Of a stretch of 64,000 nucleotides of DNA, positions 1 to 11,690 are shown piece after piece. A model generated the notes under the pieces. That model was not told the DNA's origin and did not search any database. It saw only the letters and a list, made by a program, of their open reading frames with translations. Where the stretch lies: NCBI GenBank assembly GCA_035084275.1, contig CM068755.1, forward strand, positions 12,896,001 to 12,960,000, in the 5' to 3' direction. The position numbers and the translations under genes are program-made. Origin of the DNA: Hydrolagus colliei (Eukaryota). The first letter of the stretch is position 1; each line of letters starts with the position of its first letter.

Positions 1-3000
1 ATTATTCCTTCAACAAGAATATTTTCCTAATATTTAAATGTTGTCTATTTTCACCTCCCCTGATATTTAAGCCATTTAAGACATTTGAACTGAAACTAAA
101 CATGAGAATTTTCCACATTTTCTGCACCAACACAGATTCACGCAGGCTGCGACTGGAGACGAGGCGGAGAGTGAGACCTCTGAGTGCCAAAAACTGGTTT
201 TGATGCCCTTTTATAATTTAGTGTAGTGGAGAGTGGACACAAATCATCCACGCTTTCAGTTCAGTTAACTATACAGATCTACCTAAGAATAGGTTTGATG
301 TTGCTGTGATTAACACATAGAATTGTACAGTATTATAGCAATAAGCAAGTTTCTTGTGCTCCCTCATCCTTTAGTTGCTGCTGTGAATAAGACGGATATG
401 AACTTTTTTGTGCTTATCTTGTGCGTAACAGTATGGTTACTCACTAGACATTGTAAGTAAGATTGAAAAGATTCTGAGTACAACCCAACCAGCAACGCTC
501 CCGTCCTTAACAACCTTCTGTTTTAATTCTATGTTTGTAAGTAATTATCTGTGTACTTTTCAAAAGGCTCAAATTGAAACTCAGCTTTACATGACAGTAT
601 ATTCTGCTACTTATTATTAATATAGGTGAGACTGATAAAACATGATAAAACCCTCAAAGATGCATAGGTGTTCAAGGTTCAGAAAGCCAAACACAACACA
701 TCCAGAGTGATCTATTTAGCAAGCCTGCCGCTTATTAAAGAAGGGTGTCTTAGGGCAGTGAGACAGCTCATTGCTGTAATGGGAGGCTTTTGAAAGGATG
801 AGATCAGATGGGATGCAGGGCCTTCTTAATCTGAATATTTCTTGCGATATTGTGCATTTACTGGTGCTGATCAGCTGTTGCACACGTGTGAGACATGTGC
901 CCGGAAAGCCATGCAGGCGAAAGGATTGTATTAAAAGTTTACCATCTGAAACATCTGTTGAAGGAAAAAAATCTGTTTGAACTTGATAGAATATGAGCGA
1001 CGCAGAGTGAGCCAAATCAGTCATTGGGATTTCCAAATAGGAACAACTGGCCAATTCTGAATCACGATGCCAAGTTTCCAATTTAATTTGATCCCCTTGA
1101 AATTTGAGTGAGTTCAGATTTTCAAATTGGATTCATGTTGATTCCATGTTCGTTTCTCACAGATCCATGCATTTGTGTTGAACTAATGTTTGGCTTACTT
1201 TTGGCCAGTTTTAATTTGGTTGTTTGTGAGAATGGGACGTTAACACTGTTTCTCCCGATGAGAGCAAAACTCTCATGATACACTTCATGACATGAACCTC
1301 TGGGTGATGTCAGCCATGTCCTTCACAGACCTCATGTAAGCCAGAGTTAAAGAAAAGAGATGAATCTGACATGCATGAGCAGAGCCTAACTTCTGGTAGA
1401 CCTGGACTAACATCTGCCTTGAGCTCATTGAAGAGGTCCAACAATGACAGTTCACCGAGCCCATACCTCCCGGTCATCCAGGAATTTGTTTAGTTCGATC
1501 AATAGACCAGATGGTAGAATATAATTTCTTCAAGCTCTCCGCAGAGCTTCCCACCTTTATTTTCTATCACACTCCGAGCACAGTAGAGAGCCGAGTTGCC
1601 TGAAATCTATTCAGTGTCAATGGCTGTCAGGTTTTCACAGTCTTTCCAGATAGTTAGCAAGAGGCTAAGGCAATCAGGTGTAATTCTCGTTGCTGCGATT
1701 TGCTGATCTGTGGGTCCATAGAGTCTTTGAACACCACCTGGTTACTAATCTCCAACACTCCCAAGTGAATGTTCGAGCCGTAATCTGAAAATATTCTGCA
1801 GCTGCGGCTGAGCGATGAGCCCACAAATTTACAGTTTGAAAAAAGCGCAGACCTACAAAAAAGATATTCATTGCGTCGCCATTTCTGGTACAACAGCGGA
1901 AGAATTGAACTGAATCAAAATTGTAGTTTCACTGCGACTCTCTGGACAGGATCCTGACTTTTTTTTAAAAACAAACAGCATATTCTGGGTGGATAAGTAG
2001 ACCTCTGAAAAATACTATTATTAAGCACTCTCTAAATTTATAGGTTCGCAGAGATAATACACTGGACCAAACACAGTTTAAAATAACATGGACCATTTTA
2101 ACGATGGTCTATTTTCTTACAGTTGGTGGATGTATCATCTACTCAAAGTAACAAAAAGAAACACTGTCTCTTTAAGACTTTCAAGAGCAGGTTCCATTTG
2201 CAGGTGACTCTTTTCTCCATTGTACCATAAAGCAGCATTATTCTTTGTGGCAGAAGCAATTATTCTGAGTGTATCATCTGTGCAGCCTATACCGACTAGT
2301 ACTTAAGGTCAATTTGATGGCAGCTCTCTTTACAATCAGTCTATTATTGCAAGGAACGGTGGCCTCATTTGGAAAAGTTGGAGAAAGAAGGCCTTGTAAC
2401 TATTAGTTGATGACAGATAAGCAATTAGTCTTCAAGGTAACTCTGTTCACCTCTTTGTTTTCTCAGTCCATGTGAATTTTTAATTATCACAAATGGTTCT
2501 ACCTAATGGTTTTCATCTCTTGTCCCATTAAAGTCTATTCTGAGTGACTGTACAATTGTCACATCAAGTATAGGATCATAAAGTGATCAATGTAAGTGAA
2601 GAGTGGTAATTTATCACCTTGCCACCTTTTATTGCTGTGTAAGGACTGTGTCTCTGCATAAATGCCAGGCAAGTCGAAAGTTTAAGTTACTATGGCTGTA
2701 AACTGAGACATCAGAGAGCCACCCTGGAGAGAAAAAAAGTGCAAACATTCCTATACTACTGGGCCCAGTGGCATATAAAAATAAGGTTTATTACTTTACA
2801 AGCCCGAACCATGGGATTTTTCTGTACAGTTTGTACAGCACTAAGAAAAAGTGAAAAACGTTCAAAATTTTCTACTGATAGACTGGTAAAGGTACTTATG
2901 ATATGTTAAAATGAATACGGTTCCGCTATTCGCATTAAAATGATGTGGTTGGTGCACTGAGTATTCTGAACTAAAGGGACTATATATTTCTGTGAGCCAG

Positions 3001-3082
3001 AAATTGACGGTCAAAAATGTATTTCTTGAAAAGGCAGTGGAAAACAGTTTCCAACTGATGCAAAAGCAACTATGCAGTATTG

Positions 3083-3270
3083 TTAATAATAATAGTTGCA
3101 TCCTTGGATTTGATATTCAACCTGCAAAATTAAAACATCACTGAGTGCTTCACAGTGGCCTGATGTAAAGGGTAGTGACTGTGCATTTGTACGTAAATAC
3201 AGCAGCTAATTTGAACACAGCGAGGCCCACCCATAAACAGCCATGAAGTGAATGGTAGTTTAATTGTATC
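3083..3270 (-). mobile_element. Deu-domain SINE, 3' half, diverged
   Basis: Reverse complement reads ccattcacttcatggctgtttatggg...gctgtgttcaaattagctgctg...atatcaaatccaagg...tattatt, matching other copies in the window (e.g. 3735-3905, 26855-27055). Confidence 0.7.
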
Positions 3271-3349
3271 ACTTGAGTGAATAGCCAACACCATCAGGCA
3301 GCTGTTTGAGTAAAGTGAACAGTGTAAAATAATCAAGTAAAATAAAAAC

Positions 3350-3420
3350 ATGAAGCGCTTTGAGATGCCTGGAAGACATGAAAAGTGCTATTCAAATGCA
3401 AGGATTATTATCATTATAAT
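3350..3420 (+). mobile_element. SINE/L2-type 3' tail fragment
   Basis: tgaagcgctttgagatgcctggaagacatgaaaagtgctattcaaatgcaaggattatt; same tail as 49635-49710 and 62605-62680. Confidence 0.8.
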
Positions 3421-3424
3421 TACT

Positions 3425-3514
3425 CAGCAGGTCAGGCAGCATCTATGGAGAAAGTTCATCGACCTGCAATATTAACTCCCTTTCCTCTCTCCATAGATGC
3501 TGCCTGACCTGCTG
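3425..3514. repeat. Perfect 27-bp inverted repeat, probably a Penelope-like element end (hammerhead-derived relic)
   Basis: 3425-3451 cagcaggtcaggcagcatctatggaga is the exact reverse complement of 3488-3514, with a 36-nt loop. The loop (catcgacctgcaatattaactc) resembles the recalled shark Penelope-end motif ggtcatcgacctgaaacgttaactc. Confidence 0.75.
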
Positions 3515-3734
3515 TAAGGAATGGAGGCTTGCTAAAGTGTGCTGAGAAGCTTTTTCACTGCTATAAATTTCTCGATTGGCTCTTAACTAAAGCGGTTAAG
3601 ATTATGATGTAAAGGATACCATTGGATACAATTGAAATTTTATAAAGTTTAATAAGAAAGACGGATTACAGCTGGGTTAGGTTATATAAATGTGGGAGAA
3701 ATAAACCTTTAATGCAAGGTTCTGGTGGTAATAA

Positions 3735-3905
3735 TAATAAATTGGTCACTTCAATCCATGACTGTTTGTGGGACATTGCTCTGCGCAATCAGATGCTGCA
3801 TTTCACCCACAAATATATGGTCAATTCACTTTTGCATATTCTGTGAAGTGCTTTGTGATGTCTAAAAGTCGTGAAAAGTGTTATATCAAATGCAAGGATT
3901 ATTAG
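3735..3905 (+). mobile_element. Deu-domain SINE, 3' half
   Basis: attggtcacttcaatccatgactgtttgtgggacattgctctgcgcaa...tattctgtgaagtgctttg...tatatcaaatgcaaggattatt. Confidence 0.85.
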
Positions 3906-4984
3906 TACATTCTCTGGCAAGAATCCCTGCTGTATTACATATCAACCATTGCTTCTATTCCCAGTTCTTCCTGTTTGTACCTTCCCAATTCTTTGATATC
4001 TCTAAAAAGTCCTTTCCCATTTTCGTCCTCCCACATCACAACTTAATGCAACTCACTAGTGTGAACCCTGTTCTTTATTGCCCTGAAAGTCAAAGGTTTG
4101 AGCTGTTTATGAACAGTCTTCAAATGTATTGTGTCCTTCTTAAGTATTGATGTTTTTACAACTTACTGGAGGTGTAGTAAATTCTTCAAAAAAAACTGTT
4201 GAGCATCATAAATCTTTAGTACCATAGACAAATTATATTTAATTGAAATATGCAAATTATTTTAGTTCTAATTTAGCTAAAGTGAAATGAATATTTAACA
4301 TTAGCTGGATGATTATATGTCATATCAGTGAATAGCTATGTCTGTTTTAACAGATTCTGTTTCAATAAAAAATAAACAATATAAGTTTCATCAGTGAATA
4401 AGTGAAATTCACTGAGGGCAAATGCACGGGGGGAAGCAAATGCAAAATATATCTGCTGGTGAAGGGCAATCTCATCATAGAACAACGCCAATAATTCTGA
4501 GTTGATTACAATGGTCACGGTTACTAATGGGTTCACAATCCAAAAAGGAATAGCAACTTAGCTGCAATATTACTGAACGCTCAAAAATTAGGCCCATTAT
4601 ATCCCTTTAAAGTACTCCAGGTTGACTTTTTCTCCCCAACCTCAAACGATCAGTCTGCAGGTATCTCCTGCCAATCTGAGTTGACATTTGAAATCTAGCA
4701 AAGTTCTTATAACATCCACCAACGTAAGCCATTACATGGATATGACTAGGAAATGCTGCAGGAAATAATCAAAGGCTGTGATACACATAGAAAAGCTTAT
4801 GGGTGAATGTCTGGCGAGAGAAAGACTATCGGAGGAGGAGGGAGCTGTGCGATTAGCACTAACATCCAGAAAAGTCCTGAATATCTAGGGAGAGGATGAG
4901 GAGGTGGAAGAGAATTTAAGGAGTCTTCCAAAACTGCACATGCGATCATCAACATTGTCCACAAACAGCTGTAGCTACATATGT

Positions 4985-5060
4985 TTACAATTTCCTCCCT
5001 CTCTATTATATGTTAATGATTGGAGAGAAGGGTTAGTAATGAAGTCTAATTCATGGAATT
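4985..5060 (+). mobile_element. Possible very old CR1 reverse-transcriptase remnant
   Basis: Translation PPSLLYVNDWREGLVMKS resembles the CR1 RT motif PLLFLIYINDLDEG; short and degenerate. Confidence 0.3.
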
Positions 5061-5759
5061 TGCAATCTGGATTCATATTGGATTTACAAATATTGAATCC
5101 CGATGGTAACTGATGCTAGTCACGCCAAATCCACTCTACAAATCCATCTTTACAATATCAGTCTAATACAAATGTATTCCATTTGAGTTTAATTTGAGAA
5201 AAATAGTTTGGTATTTTAATGAACATTATTTCAACATTAAAAATAAATATTTACAGACAAAAAGCCTAGATTTAATGATAGACATCATTGAATGAGATCA
5301 CGGCTCCCTCCACCCACCAGTCCCCACCCACCCACATACCCATGAAACAATCACAAATCACAAAGCTACCCCAAGGCAGCCTTTCCAAAGCCATCCTACC
5401 AGGCATAATTACAAAAGAATATGTACAATGACAGATAACTACAATTTGTGGACAAATGGATGGTCTAATTGTCAGTGATTGATGCAGATAAAAGGATAAC
5501 TATTTGTGCTTGTAACCTGTCATACACAATTTCTTTAAGTGCTGGAATTTCTTTTTAAACCACATGTGTACCATTATCAGAGAATCCTAAATCAGCACTT
5601 TAACTACGTCAACAAAAGTACTGTTGGATTTCTTGAAGGCTTCTGATGGGCCTGACAACTAATGTGTGACCCACTATTAGTGCACAGTGTTGCTGCTTTG
5701 CTTCCAACAACAGGAATTGTTCCTTTCAGAACCTTTCAGATACGAGAACATGTCAGAGA

Positions 5760-5935
5760 GATGGAACGGGAGCCTGGTGAGGATGAGTGATAGGTGGAGC
5801 AGCTAAAGAAATAATTCTTTAAATTAGTTTTGGAAGCAGAGAGGGGGGACAGGAAGAGGGATTTAAGGAGAGAGTTCCGGAGAGCGAGGCCAAATTGGCT
5901 GAAAGCTTGCTGATTGAGATCGGGTTTTGAAGAGG
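5760..5935 (-). mobile_element. L2-clade LINE ORF2 C-terminal fragment
   Basis: QQAFSQFGLALRNSLLKSLFLSPLSASKTNLKNYFF matches the L2 C-terminal pattern RAFSxxxPxLWNSLP...SFKxxLKTxLF. Confidence 0.7.
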
Positions 5936-7009
5936 TAAAATTTTTACCCAGTGATACTTTACCCAGTGATTTCTTCACATCAGAAATGCCCCCAACGCTT
6001 AACTGCTTCCTCAGCACAGTAGCTGGTTTTGGTTTCAATGATACAGGTGATGGGATGTATTGACAGTATTCCAAACAGTGATAGGTCAGTCTTATTCAAT
6101 AAATTTGTGGAGGGTAACAATCCAAGCCAATACTGGCTTCAAGGAATCACTAGAGAAGTGGGACAAGTATCTTAGTGGGAAAAGTCAGAGAACCGTAATA
6201 GGCACCTTAGTTCAAACATTCTAAGTACTGTAGTTGCCAAGCAGAAGCCAGCCACTTCTGCACAGGAAGAGAAGAAATGCTACAAGGTTAACGTTTGCAT
6301 TGAATAGTTCCTCTCTAATAGGATCTTTTATTTAGCTGTATGGAAGTCAGGATAGCCTGCCTCCTTCCACAGTAGTATTCCCTTGTTTTCTTTTGCTGGA
6401 CAACACATAAAGGAAAAAAGGGCTGAATTTCAGCTCGGTCAATGTTCCACAGCTGGTAGGCCATGAACGGAGGCTCGCGGGTATCTATTGAAGAGCAAAT
6501 CTGCCAAGGGCCACAGCTGAAGGGGAGGAGGATTGCAAATAGCCCAAGGGTTGTGTAATGAGCACCACAATGATGAGACAGGGCTTCATTTCTACGATTC
6601 TGCATACGGCCAAGTTCAAGATGGTCACAGAACGTGCCAAGTGGAGACCAAGTGCTTCCCCAGTGGGTTGTGTGTGTGTGCTTGTATGGTGGGGCAGCAA
6701 GTTAAATTAATGGACGAGGCAACTAAGGTGCTCTTTTCACCTCCTAGCAGCTAGTTCTACACAATGCTTGAAATGGGTTGGAACAAATCATTGCCCAATC
6801 TCTCAGCCAGGCAAATTGTCAAGTAAAGCAAAAGAAACAGAGGGAAATGATAGGTGCAGGATTTTCTCTTTTACAATATTGTATAGATTTTTGGGGTCAA
6901 CTGGAAACCTATCACTTTGTTCAAGAGTTTCCAAACCAGCCACAATTAATATCGATTTATACGACCTATACATGTCATTTCCCTTTGTTTAGAATGGAAA
7001 GCTCACACT

Positions 7010-7078
7010 CAACAACAACAAAAATTACATTTATAGAGCGCCTTTCACGTCGGGAGGGCATCCCACTCCCCACGGAAG
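7010..7078 (-). mobile_element. L2-type 3' tail with (TTG)n
   Basis: Reverse complement gggatgccctcccgacgtgaaaggcgctctataaatgtaatttttgttgttgtt; homologous to the tail at 45420-45480. Confidence 0.75.
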
Positions 7079-8277
7079 TACACACCCTGCTTAGTTAATT
7101 CTGGAAAGCATTAGGCATAGATGGGTGAGAGCCAAGGCTTGGGAAAGCTGGAGTCACAGAGTATATGATAAGGCACTGCTGGAGTTTAACCAGCTAAACC
7201 CAGTCATTGTAAGCACTGTCTGGCAATCTTCCTGCTGCTTGCCCACCTAGGACCATTCTATGCATTAGTACTTTGGCTTGCATGATTAACAAGAGCCACG
7301 TGGGAAGAACCTTTGCTCCCAGTGACCAGTCTGCACTTCTGAATCTTGCCAACGAGCCATCCTGGCCTATCAGGAGCAGTGCTGCGAACCCACACGGTTC
7401 AGTAAATGATGACTGAGATGACCACAGAGGATCCACTTGATTCTGATTTTCTATTGCCAGACACGTCACCTTGGAGTCAGCTCATGCCCAAGGAGACCAC
7501 CTCTTACTTCCCCCCGAGCCCTCCCCAGAACGTAACCATTAATTTAATGATAGATCATGCAGAATGCTATTGGGTACTATACATGGAACTCACTGTGTGA
7601 AGGGATAAGAGCCAGATTATTCCTCAGCGAATAAAATGTGGAACATGTTAGTCACAACCATGGCATCAGACAATCAAGCACATCAGAGTAAGGTCAGCCT
7701 GCCACATTTAAATGTAATACTTTGAGGCTCTGCTTTCCTAGCCTTGGCTCAGTTTGCCCTTCAGTTTTGGCAGTGAGACACGTTGTGCAATGATATATCT
7801 CTCTGATTTATAGAAAGGCATTCTTCTCAGCTGATATCTTTTTATAGAGAGGAGTTAAGCAACCCCTCCCACTGTGTCCAATCCAGCCAGGTGGCTGAAA
7901 ACCAAAACACCTAAAGAATGACTGCCCCCCCTTTCTACCCTCAGCAATTTAATACCAGACAAATAAAGCCCCCTTTACTGTTGACAAACAAGTCATTTTC
8001 CACTGATGCTAATTGAAGATGAAAATAAATTATTGTGATTTCATTCCTCCGTACTAATGTGTTCAAAATGCCTAATCTAGTGAGTCGGAAATGCTTTTTG
8101 ATCACTTTAAATGATGGGTCTCAAGTCTGCACAAAATAAGATTTTTCAGCTACCAGCAAAAAGAAATGAAGATTAAGGAATGCTGTATCCAGTTGTTCTT
8201 TTTCTGTTCTATTCTGAACCCTGTATCTGGATTACTCAGGAATTTAACTCCTCAGTTTGGTGTCGAGCTCTACCACT

Positions 8278-8340
8278 GTTAAGCACTCCGAGACACTACC
8301 CTGCGTGAAGGGTGGTGTATAAATTCAAGTTCTCTTGTTG
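8278..8340 (+). mobile_element. SINE/L2-type 3' tail variant (ctaccctgtgtgaaggg type)
   Basis: gagacactaccctgcgtgaagggtggtgtataaattcaagttctcttgttg; matches 26995-27050 and the reverse copy at 50028-50085. Confidence 0.65.
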
Positions 8341-9144
8341 AATTTGTTAAACTCATTTACAATTGTGATGGTCACATGAAATGATCTTGCCTACTTATAT
8401 ATGATATTGACATCACGTGATCAGTTGTTAAGCCACTCTATTGGGCCATTCCATATATAGCATCAGCTTTTCATAATGATCAGAAATGTGGGGTCTTATT
8501 CTATAATCAAAGATTATCTCAATAGACTCAAAAGTTTTACTGGTTAGTCATTTTGTCTTAAAAGTTACATATATGCTGTGTGAAATAAGTGTATCTGAAC
8601 TGCTATCAATCTCAACAACAAAATGGAACAGCGTTAAACCATCTGCATTATCAAACCATTCAAAAATTCAGTGTTAGATCAATATTTTACCGATTATTCA
8701 TGGCCCATCATATTATATCCATTCACTGTATGTTGATATGTAATGAATATTTTACACACTTTAAAAATGATTTAGCAAAACCATGTGCTCTTTTACACAT
8801 TCATTTAAACTAACTCTTTTATAGACAGAAATAATTCAATGTGAAGTCAATGATAAACCAAGATAAATTTTCAACAGCTTCTAGTTTGGGAAATGGCAAC
8901 AGTCCGAGAAGCAGATCGGAATCATGTTAGGTCCTTTAACATGGCATATTGGTATTGTTGCATTCTGCACAACCCTTTACATGCCACCACTAATACATTC
9001 TTGAACTGTGGAGTTGTCCGTGTGGTAGACACATATCCCCAAGACTCCATTGGACCTGACAAGAACGTGTTTCTCCTGTAACCCTTAACCTTCAGAAATG
9101 CATAGAGCATGTCCACTGTATGCTTCTCAGTAACTCACTTTGAT

Positions 9145-9208
9145 GATTGACTTCATGGCTGTTTGTGGATGTTGCTGCACCCAAATTGACTAGCATATTC
9201 ATCTACTT
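9145..9208 (+). mobile_element. Deu-domain SINE internal fragment
   Basis: cttcatggctgtttgtggatgttgctgcacccaaattgact matches the SINE body at 26940-26975. Confidence 0.6.
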
Positions 9209-10284
9209 TTCTCTTTTTTTGTAAGGAAATTATGATGGTTACTCTCCATTGTTCAGCAGGTGAAAATCACTAGATTCAATACATTGCAGTTTAGGACTGA
9301 TAGGGAACATATAATTGATTGAATTTCCTGTCTGTGTTCTATTTTCACCAAACATATAATGAAGAATTGATAGATTTGCCTTTGCTCCAAAGAAATGAAC
9401 AATAAGGAATTAGGTCTATAATTTGTAACATTTTTAATGGGATTCCCATTAGAATTCCACTTGACTTCTAGGAACCCTCTTCCAGAAGCTTTTTATTGCT
9501 GATTACACTCCACGCAATTTGATAACTGAGCCATTCAGTTGTCTTGGTGCTTGTGACCGGAGAAACAGCTGAACCAGAAGAGGCAGGTTCAGTTAACAAA
9601 CCATGTGGGGAAATACAATTACCTCATTAGACTAATAATGAAGTAATTGAAGGCAGCTTATATAGGGTAAAGGACAGCCTCCCTTTTCCCCCTTTTCAAT
9701 GGATGTGTGTTTGAGAGAGAGAGATGGATAGACAGAAGTGGCATAACCACATCTTGAATATAAGGAAAGGCACCTTATGGGTGGAGTTGACTGAGCTATT
9801 TGGTGATGAGAAATGATGAAAAAAAATACTTATTTTAGTTCCAAAATAATTTCAACTAACTTGTTCATGGCCACAAATGCTATTCTTACTAGCAATGGCA
9901 AAATAATGAGGGATGCAGTTGGAGGAAGCCAACAGGATGGGGCGGGAAGGCATCCAGAAATAAAAACAGAATAACTTAACTGATAACACATGAGTGTGAC
10001 AAAGAAAAACTTCCATATTCTGTGTCTATATGAAGCTTGTCTGCTTTAGATAGTCTTAAGCACGCTGATTGGTTTCCACAAGTGTTGTACATCTGGTGAC
10101 CAAAGAAGACTCAATCTTTTATTTAGTTAATCTATCTGAGAGAGATTCAGTTTAAATAATACAGCGATAGCTATAAAGCAGTCTCGATCTTATTCTATTA
10201 TAATTCTAAAACATAGTTAAATAGCATGTTTCTTATATGCAGTAGTATGCCTGATTAGACTATAGCATTTATGAGCAATCACAA

Positions 10285-10655
10285 GATAATAAGATTGGTT
10301 CAAATGAAGAAAGATCTTTGTCCAATATGATCTCACCCATCCAGAATACCCACTTTACTATCCATCCATCATAACATCAAGCCATTTCCTTAAATAATAA
10401 TAAATAATATAACATCCTGGCTTCTCTTGGACCCTGTTCCAGGTGTCAATTACCCTCTAGGTAAAGAAACCCTTCCTGGAATCTGTCTTGCAATTTCCCT
10501 TTGGAACTCAAAATGTAGGTGTTTTACTGTCTGGGCACATTTACATGTATTGTTTGTAGTTTAATTATTCAATCCCATTCAAGGTCTCTTTTCAATACTC
10601 TATAAAGTGACCTGAGACATCTTCTCAAAACTGAAGAGCCCTAGCAAGTCTAATT
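10285..10655 (-). mobile_element. CR1 LINE 3' end, diverged
   Basis: aagattggttcaaatgaagaa...catccagaataccc...ttccaggtgtcaattaccctctaggtaaagaaacccttcctg; homologous to 50090-50320 and 55515-55610 and resembling an antisense CR1 ORF2 end plus 3'UTR. Confidence 0.65.
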
Positions 10656-11369
10656 GTATCATTATGTACTTACAAGATATGATAAAGTAGCATAGAAATA
10701 GTTGAAACCTCCACTTTCTTTTCATTCCATTTTATTTTGTTGCTTTGAGCTTTTATTTCTAATCTTTCTGCAAGTGATGTACAATGTGTTTGAAACCTAT
10801 ATAGGTTATAAATAGCCTAAGGAATCTGATGATGAGAAGTTTTCATTTGAATTTATAATTCCTTTTCCCACTTTGTAAATTATTCCTGGACACGAAGGAT
10901 TGCTGTTTTGTTTTTTGACACGTCTGATGGTATTTCAACTCAGTAGTAAACTGAGATTGTCATTAATTTTGTGAAAAACAGATGGATGTAAATTTCTTCA
11001 TGTCTATCATCAAATGTAATGCAAATTCTGAAATTCTAGTGTAAATTGTAATTTTTGGTGTGTTAACAAAAAAGGGGAATTAATAGCAGCCTGCATTTAT
11101 ATAGCATCTTCACCTGGGCTGTATCTTGAAGCCCTTAAATAACAGGAAACAATAGAGGGGTAAAGATCTATCAAGTATCAATCTGGTTTGAAAAACGTTC
11201 CATTTTGGGTACAATTTTGGCACCTTTTAATACCCACAAAATTCACCTTAAAATTAAGCAATTCTTTAAATAGATTTTTTTGGACAAACTTTATAGTAAG
11301 AATGCAAAATCTGCTTTATATTGGGTTATCCTGTCAATGGGGGAATCTTTAAAACAAGGAGTTTCTCTT

Positions 11370-11690
11370 TTATTAGACTTCAAGGCCCATCATAGCTTTG
11401 CCGACCCTTACTAATCTATCCACTTCCTCTGCTCGTTCAGACTCCACCTTGCACCATGGCCCACACCCAGCTCAATCCACCTTTGGCAGTCAGGCCTTCA
11501 GCCTCTCTGTCTCCACCCTCTGGAATTCCATCCCAAATACGCTTTGCTTCGCTCCCTCACTTGCCTCCTTCAAGGCATTCCTCAGGACCTTCCTCCTCAA
11601 CCATGCATTCGGCCACCCTCCTACCCTCTACTGTATGCCAACTCCCCACCTTCCCCCCCACCCTCTGCCCCCACTCGGGCCTTGTACATC
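11370..11690 (+). mobile_element. L2-clade LINE ORF2 C-terminus and 3'UTR
   Basis: LLDFKAHHSFADPY (compare LLTFKALHGLAPxY), then STFGSQAFSLSVSTLWNSIPNTLCFAPSLASFKAFLRTFLLNHAF, followed by a C-rich 3'UTR; frameshifted. Confidence 0.85.

Noticed and set aside
1033-1219. Inverted repeat aactggccaa/ttggccagtt suggesting a MITE
   Set aside because: Only 10 bp perfect, with no clear TSD or second copy in the window.
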